The notes under the pieces were generated by a model. The model ran no database searches, was not told the DNA's origin, and saw only the letters and a program-made list of their open reading frames with translations. The position numbers and the translations under genes were made by a program. Positions 39,335-44,625 of a stretch of 44,625 nt of DNA are shown in pieces. Numbering within the stretch: the first letter of the stretch is position 1; the number at the start of each line of letters is the position of its first letter. Origin of the DNA: a virus; the UHGV virus genome UHGV-0129366, one strand, 5' to 3'.

Positions 39335-39871
39335 TCAAACAACCCACCAGTTTGCCTGATTGGATACCAGCCTTGCAGTTTTTATGGAATTAATTATGCC
39401 ATGCTCAAGAGCCTTGTTAGCATCCAAAATGGTCGAGTCTGCTATCAGGGATGCCCACCTAATATGGGTTCCGATGTCGATATTGAACGTCTCAACGAAG
39501 CGATCAAGATCGTTATCGAGGCATTTCCCGTACTCTCTCAATCTGGCATGGTCGGCGGCTGGGGAGGCAAAGCACCATAATAGAGGATGTAACAGGAATC
39601 TTGATAATGGGTTTGCGAAACGTTCTGAGCCAGCCAGGAAAACGATATTAGCTATGGATTCAACATTGCTTATGTTGTGAGTTCTAACGGTAACAGGGAG
39701 TGACTTAAGAAAGTTATACGCAGTAAAGCCAGCGGCAGTTTCCCCTCCCTGACTTGATATATGGATATTTAATTCAGTTGCGCCTTGAGATAATGCGGTG
39801 AGACAGTGGTTCTGAAGTTGCCCAACAGTGGCAGTGTTAACGGGGCATAAGAAATGAATTGTGTGCAGCAT
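39335..39871 (-). CDS. ClpP/crotonase-fold serine protease-like protein, translationally coupled to mnt
   Basis: 178 aa; HISSQGGETAAGFTAYNFL parallels the ClpP YINSPGG...AG block; Ser (VESIAN), His (LLHPLL) and Asp candidates in ClpP order; start ATG overlaps the mnt stop. Confidence 0.5.
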   Translation of the reverse strand: MLHTIHFLCPVNTATVGQLQNHCLTALSQGATELNIHISSQGGETAAGFTAYNFLKSLPVTVRTHNISNVESIANIVFLAGSERFANPLSRFLLHPLLWCFASPAADHARLREYGKCLDNDLDRFVETFNIDIGTHIRWASLIADSTILDANKALEHGIINSIKTARLVSNQANWWVV

Positions 39872-40125
39872 TATTTATCATCCTTGCCATAAATCTTTTT
39901 AAGTGTCTCAAACACAACGGCCTTGAACTGCTCTGCTTGCTGATCAGCCAAGCGTTCAGCTTCGTCTCGATAGCCTGCAATCGGTGATGGCTTTGAGAGA
40001 GCATCCTGAACGATTTGTAATAACTCAGAGTTCATTGACCTTCCGTTAGCCTCTGCTCTTAATTTCAATTTTTCTCTTACTTCCAAAGGCATACGGAAGT
40101 TAAAGTGCGGATCGTTTCTAGCCAT
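39871..40125 (-). CDS. mnt: Mnt repressor (ribbon-helix-helix)
   Basis: 84 aa MARNDPHFNFRMPLEVREKLKLRAEANGRSMNSELLQIVQDALS... closely resembles P22 Mnt. Confidence 0.9.
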   Translation of the reverse strand: MARNDPHFNFRMPLEVREKLKLRAEANGRSMNSELLQIVQDALSKPSPIAGYRDEAERLADQQAEQFKAVVFETLKKIYGKDDK

Positions 40126-40147
40126 GCCATCACCCCAAGTTAGTGTA

Positions 40148-40200
40148 TTGACATGATAGAAGCACTCTACTATATTCTCAATAGGTCCACAGTGGACCTA
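40148..40200. promoter_or_regulatory. immI control region: Pant with Oarc and Omnt operators
   Basis: -35 ttgaca 40148-40153, -10 tatatt 40171-40176; Oarc atgatagaagcactctactat 40153-40173; Omnt palindrome taggtccacagtggaccta 40182-40200. Confidence 0.8.
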
Positions 40201-40215
40201 TATTGTGAGGTAAAT

Positions 40216-40374
40216 ATGAAAGGAATGAGCAAAATGCCGCAGTTCAATTTGCGGTGGCCTAAAGAAGTATTGGATTTGGTGCGTAAGGTGGCGGAAGAGA
40301 ACGGGCGATCTGTTAACTCTGAGATTTACAAGCGAGTGTTGGACAGCCTGAAGAGAGAGGGGATAACGGTATGA
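40216..40374 (+). CDS. arc: Arc repressor
   Basis: MKGMSKMPQFNLRWPKEVLDLVRKVAEENGRSVNSEIYKRVLDSLKREG matches P22 Arc; GTGAGG SD. Confidence 0.92.
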   Translation: MKGMSKMPQFNLRWPKEVLDLVRKVAEENGRSVNSEIYKRVLDSLKREGITV

Positions 40375-40592
40375 GGTTTATTGAGGTTGATGAGATTGGC
40401 TATGAGAATGCACTTGGTAGAGGTAAATCTTTAGTTAACATTGATGGCATTGAATCGATAAGGAGTGGTGAATTTACGGAGATCAGAATGATGTCAGGCG
40501 GAATCATTCCTTGCCGTGATTCAGTAGAGTCAATCAAATCAAAAATGAGTGGTCAGTGGCTTTATAGCTACAGTGACTTACAAAAACAGTGA
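40371..40592 (+). CDS. Hypothetical 73-aa protein inserted between arc and ant
   Basis: ATGA-coupled to the arc stop; no family recognised. Confidence 0.45.
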   Translation: MRFIEVDEIGYENALGRGKSLVNIDGIESIRSGEFTEIRMMSGGIIPCRDSVESIKSKMSGQWLYSYSDLQKQ

Positions 40593-40655
40593 AGCCCCAA
40601 CTGCGGGAACAGTCAGGGCTTCGGTATCGTAAAACCACGCATAGGAATTAACGAC

Positions 40656-41579
40656 ATGACGAGTGTAGCAATTGCAGAACATACAATCAACGTTCCATTC
40701 CACGGAACAAATCTCTTTTTGGTCAGCATTAACAATGAACCTTACGTTCCTATGAAACCCGTTGTAGAAGGCATGGGTATGGTTTGGGCTGCTCAATTTG
40801 TTAAATTAAAACAGAGATTTGTCAAAGGTATTTCGGAAATCGAAATACCTTCTGCTGGCGGTAAACAGTTAATGATATGCCTTGCCTTTCGTAAGTTTGC
40901 GGCTTGGCTTTCAAGCATTCAGCCAAACAAAGTCCGCCCTGAAATCCGCGACAAGGTAATCCAGTATCAGGAAGAGTGTGACGATGTGCTCTACGAGTAC
41001 TGGACTAAAGGTCATGTAGTTAACCCACGCAAAGCTAAAAAGGCGTTGCCGAGTAAAATTACCACTGAACAGCAGGAAGCCATTAAACAACTCGTCATGA
41101 GTCGCGGTCAGTCTCTGCCAAAAGAAAAACAGGCGAAGGCAATGATTACCATGTGGTCGTCACTGAAATCTCATTTTGGGTGTTCATACAAAGAAATCAG
41201 CGAGGAGCAGTTTACCGAAGCTCTGTCACTTGCAGCTCGCGTTCCGCTTGAAGGTGAGTTTATCGGCAAACAAGAGAAGAAAACCAACGAGCTTTCTGCA
41301 AAAGAAGCAAACAGCCTTGTATGGTTATGGGATTATGCCAACCGTTCACAGGCATTATTCCGCGAACTGTATCCGGCGCTAAAACAAATTCAATCGAACT
41401 ATTCCGGCAGATGCTACGACTACGGTCATGAGTTCTCGTATGTTATCGGAATGGCGAGAGACGTTTTAATCAATCACACACGAGATGTTGATATTAATGA
41501 GCCAGACGGACCAACGAATCTTTCCGCATGGATGAGACTTAAGAATAAAGAATTACCTCCTTCAGTACATAACTACTGA
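40656..41579 (+). CDS. ant: Antirepressor-like protein
   Basis: 307 aa downstream of arc in the Pant operon; not similar to P22 Ant as recalled; C-terminal 100 aa shared with the Roi-like protein at 17869-18546. Confidence 0.6.
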   Translation: MTSVAIAEHTINVPFHGTNLFLVSINNEPYVPMKPVVEGMGMVWAAQFVKLKQRFVKGISEIEIPSAGGKQLMICLAFRKFAAWLSSIQPNKVRPEIRDKVIQYQEECDDVLYEYWTKGHVVNPRKAKKALPSKITTEQQEAIKQLVMSRGQSLPKEKQAKAMITMWSSLKSHFGCSYKEISEEQFTEALSLAARVPLEGEFIGKQEKKTNELSAKEANSLVWLWDYANRSQALFRELYPALKQIQSNYSGRCYDYGHEFSYVIGMARDVLINHTRDVDINEPDGPTNLSAWMRLKNKELPPSVHNY

Positions 41580-41621
41580 CAGATAACCAACGCAACGACC
41601 CAGCTTCGGCTGGGTTTTTTT
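41265..41621 (+). repeat. Copy 2 of the dispersed direct repeat
   Basis: See copy 1. Confidence 0.6.
41599..41621 (+). terminator. Rho-independent terminator after ant
   Basis: cccagc-ttcg-gctggg followed by TTTTTTT; duplicate of the terminator at 18565-18588. Confidence 0.7.
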
Positions 41622-41679
41622 ATGCCCAAAATTCACCGTAGCCATGCTGCGGCGATTCCTTGTATCTGGAGCAAATTAA

Positions 41680-44625
41680 ATGACAGATATCACCGCAAAT
41701 GTTGTGGTAAGCATGCCTTCGCAACTCTTCACTATGGCGCGTTCTTTTAAAGCAGTAGCTAATGGCAAAATTTATATCGGTAAAATTGACACTGACCCTG
41801 TAAATCCTGAAAACCAGATTCAGGCTTATGTGGAGAACGAAGACGGTTCTCACGTTCCTGTTTCGCAACCAATAATCATTAACGCTGCCGGATATCCGGT
41901 ATATAACGGACAGATTGCCAAGTTTGTAACTGTGCAAGGCCATTCCATGGCTGTATATGATGCGTATGGTTCGCAGCAGTTCTATTTTCCCAATGTGCTG
42001 AAGTATGATCCTGATCAGTTACGGCAGCAATTAGAAGACCCAGATGGAGCGAATAAATACCCAAAACTTCAGATAGCAAGATGGAGAGACAGTTATGATG
42101 TAAGAGGTTGGGGGGCTATTGGTGATGGTGTTCATGATGATACATCAGCTCTATCAGAATTACTTTCTGTTGCAACAGGTGGTGAAAAGATAGATGGGCG
42201 AGGGCTTACTTTTAAAGTATCAACTCTTCCAGATGTCAGTCGATTTAAAAATGCTCGTTTTTTATTTGAGAGAATACCGGGTCAGCCTCTTTTTTATGTT
42301 TCTGAAGATTTTATCCAGGGAGAGTTATTTAAAATTACAGATACACCGTGGTACAACGCCTGGACGCAGGATAAAACGTTTGTATATGACAATGTCATCT
42401 ATGCGCCTTTTATGGCTGGAGACCGCCATGGTGTAAATAACCTCCATGTTGCATGGGTTCGCTCAGGAGATGACGGGAAGACCTGGACAACGCCGGAATG
42501 GCTTACAGATTTACATGAAAACTATCCCACAGTTAACTATCACTGCATGAGTATGGGGGTTGTCAGAAATCGCCTTTTTGCTGTAATTGAGACGCGGACC
42601 GTGAGCGGAAATAAACTGCAGGTTGCAGAGTTGTGGGATCGCCCAATGAGTCGCAGCCTTCGCGTTTATGGTGGTATAACGAAAGCAGCAAATCAGCAAG
42701 TCGCTTATATTCGCATTACTGATCACGGATTATTTGCTGGTGATTTTGTCAACTTCTCAAACTCTGGTGTTACAGGTGTTACCGGGAATATGACGGTGAC
42801 TACTGTTATTGATAAAAATACTTTTACAGTTACGACGCAAAATACCCAGGATGTGGATCAGAATAACGAGGGTAGATACTGGAGTTTTGGTACATCATTT
42901 CACTCGTCACCATGGAGAAAAACCAGTCTTGGAACTATTCCTTCTTTTGTTGACGGAAGCACTCCTGTTACTGAGATTCACAGTTTTGCGACGATTAGCG
43001 ATAACAGTTTTGCTGTTGGCTACCATAATGGTGATATTGGTCCACGCGAGCTTGGGATACTCTATTTCTCTGATGCTTTCGGTTCTCCTGGTAGCTTTGT
43101 TCGCAGACGCATACCTGCAGAATATGAGGCGAATGCATCTGAGCCATGTGTAAAATATTATGATGGCATTCTGTATCTGACGACCAGGGGGACATTAAGT
43201 ACTCAACCCGGTAGTTCATTGCACAGAAGCTCTGATTTAGGTACATCATGGAATTCTCTTCGCTTCCCAAATAATGTTCATCACTCAAACCTTCCTTTTG
43301 CCAAAGTTGGCGATGAGCTGATTATTTTTGGCAGTGAGCGCGCATTTGGTGAGTGGGAAGGAGGAGAACCTGATAACCGTTATGCAGGAAACTATCCAAG
43401 AACATTTATGACCAGAGTTAACGTCAATGAGTGGAGTCTGGATAATGTAGAGTGGGTTAATGTTACTGATCAGATTTATCAGGGCGGAATAGTTAACTCT
43501 GCGGTTGGTGTTGGTTCAGTTTGTATCAAAGACAACTGGCTGTACTACATTTTCGGTGGGGAAGACTTTCTAAACCCATGGAGCATAGGGGATAACAACA
43601 GAAAATATCCTTATGTTCACGATGGTCACCCGGCTGATTTGTATTGTTTCAGGGTGAAAATTAAACAGGAAGAATTTGTTTCAAGGGATTTTGTCTACGG
43701 AGCCACTCCTAACAGAACGCTTCCTACTTTTATGTCGACGTCAGGCGTGAGGACGGTTCCTGTACCCGTTGATTTCACAGATGATGTTGCCGTCCAGTCA
43801 CTGACTGTCCATGCAGGTACATCAGGACAAGTTCGCGCGGAAGTCAAACTTGAGGGTAATTACGCCATTATTGCGAAGAAAGTACCGTCTGATGATGTTA
43901 CCGCTCAGAGATTAATCGTTAGCGGCGGTGAAACAACGTCTTCAGCAGATGGTGCAATGATAACGTTGCATGGTTCCAGAAGCAGTACTCCACGTCGCGC
44001 GGTATATAACGCACTCGAACATCTTTTTGAGAACGGAGATGTTAAACCTTATCTTGATAATGTAAATGCTCTTGGTGGTCCGGGAAACAGGTTCTCGATA
44101 GTTTATCTTGGCTCCAATCCTGTGGTTACCAGTGACGGAACATTAAAGACAGAGCCGGTCTCTCCTGACGAAGCATTGCTGGATGCTTGGGGTGACGTCA
44201 GGTATATCGCTTATAAATGGCTGAACGCTGTCGCTATAAAGGGGGAAGAAGGGGCGAGGATACATCATGGTGTAATCGCGCAGCAACTTCGTGATGTTCT
44301 TATTTCTCACGGACTCATGGAAGAAGAAAGCACAACATGCCGCTATGCCTTTCTTTGCTATGACGATTATCCCGCAGTATATGATGACGTCATTACTGGC
44401 CAAAGGGAAATGCCGCTGACTGATAATGACGGGAGCATCATTGTTGATGAGGATGATAATCCAGTGATGGTAATAGAAGACATCATTGAGCGCGTTGAAA
44501 TAACGCCAGCAGGATCTAGATGGGGGGTCAGACCTGATCTCTTATTCTATATCGAGGCGGCATGGCAGCGCAGAGAAATGGATAAGATAAAAGCTAGGTT
44601 AGACTTAATAGAAGGGAAGCACTAA
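41680..44625 (+). CDS. Tailspike: P22-type head-binding domain fused to an endosialidase-like beta-propeller and a C-terminal self-cleaving chaperone domain
   Basis: 981 aa; N-terminal 110 aa [48 protein letters not shown]... as in P22 gp9; Asp-box motifs SGDDGKTW and SSDLGTSW; C-terminal region [11 protein letters not shown]... typical of intramolecular chaperone domains. Confidence 0.8.
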   Translation: MTDITANVVVSMPSQLFTMARSFKAVANGKIYIGKIDTDPVNPENQIQAYVENEDGSHVPVSQPIIINAAGYPVYNGQIAKFVTVQGHSMAVYDAYGSQQFYFPNVLKYDPDQLRQQLEDPDGANKYPKLQIARWRDSYDVRGWGAIGDGVHDDTSALSELLSVATGGEKIDGRGLTFKVSTLPDVSRFKNARFLFERIPGQPLFYVSEDFIQGELFKITDTPWYNAWTQDKTFVYDNVIYAPFMAGDRHGVNNLHVAWVRSGDDGKTWTTPEWLTDLHENYPTVNYHCMSMGVVRNRLFAVIETRTVSGNKLQVAELWDRPMSRSLRVYGGITKAANQQVAYIRITDHGLFAGDFVNFSNSGVTGVTGNMTVTTVIDKNTFTVTTQNTQDVDQNNEGRYWSFGTSFHSSPWRKTSLGTIPSFVDGSTPVTEIHSFATISDNSFAVGYHNGDIGPRELGILYFSDAFGSPGSFVRRRIPAEYEANASEPCVKYYDGILYLTTRGTLSTQPGSSLHRSSDLGTSWNSLRFPNNVHHSNLPFAKVGDELIIFGSERAFGEWEGGEPDNRYAGNYPRTFMTRVNVNEWSLDNVEWVNVTDQIYQGGIVNSAVGVGSVCIKDNWLYYIFGGEDFLNPWSIGDNNRKYPYVHDGHPADLYCFRVKIKQEEFVSRDFVYGATPNRTLPTFMSTSGVRTVPVPVDFTDDVAVQSLTVHAGTSGQVRAEVKLEGNYAIIAKKVPSDDVTAQRLIVSGGETTSSADGAMITLHGSRSSTPRRAVYNALEHLFENGDVKPYLDNVNALGGPGNRFSIVYLGSNPVVTSDGTLKTEPVSPDEALLDAWGDVRYIAYKWLNAVAIKGEEGARIHHGVIAQQLRDVLISHGLMEEESTTCRYAFLCYDDYPAVYDDVITGQREMPLTDNDGSIIVDEDDNPVMVIEDIIERVEITPAGSRWGVRPDLLFYIEAAWQRREMDKIKARLDLIEGKH

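Noticed and set aside
39293-39680. Plus-strand ORFs of 95 and 106 aa
   Set aside because: Antisense to the ClpP-fold gene that is translationally coupled to mnt; no RBS.
41620-41943. 107-aa minus-strand ORF overlapping the tailspike start
   Set aside because: Antisense to the conserved P22-type tailspike N-terminal domain.

Overview
The window holds the complete host gene torS (minus strand, 50-2782) followed by about 41.8 kb of an integrated mosaic temperate phage that starts at a candidate attL (2783-2876) and runs past the window end. All calls are from reading the sequence and ORF track against remembered protein families; no searches were run. Prophage layout, left to right: lambda/HK022-like int-xis; a minus-strand early-left operon (ASCH-like, MazG-like/DUF551, TGT-fold DpdA-like, Ea22-like, SSB + Sak4 recombination pair, kil, cIII, P22-gene-24-like N); OL/pL; a lambda-type immunity region (cI, OR1-3, cro) in which the rexAB slot downstream of cI is occupied by an uncharacterised translationally coupled two-gene operon ending in a strong terminator; cII-like, O-like initiator with internal iterons, primase-helicase; nin region (ninB, ninE, two antirepressor-like genes, ybcO-like, rusA, Q-like); lysis cassette (phage-21-type pinholin, an inserted 116-aa ORF, SAR endolysin, Rz/Rz1); morons including a DUF2829 (Tad2-like) protein; Sf6/P22-like packaging, head and ejection genes; a variable immI region (cargo genes, a ClpP-fold protease coupled to mnt, arc, a 73-aa insert, ant); and an endosialidase-type tailspike. 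No rRNA, tRNA or CRISPR array was found. The best candidates for a new system are the rexAB-slot operon and the cargo cluster in the sieA-equivalent slot.
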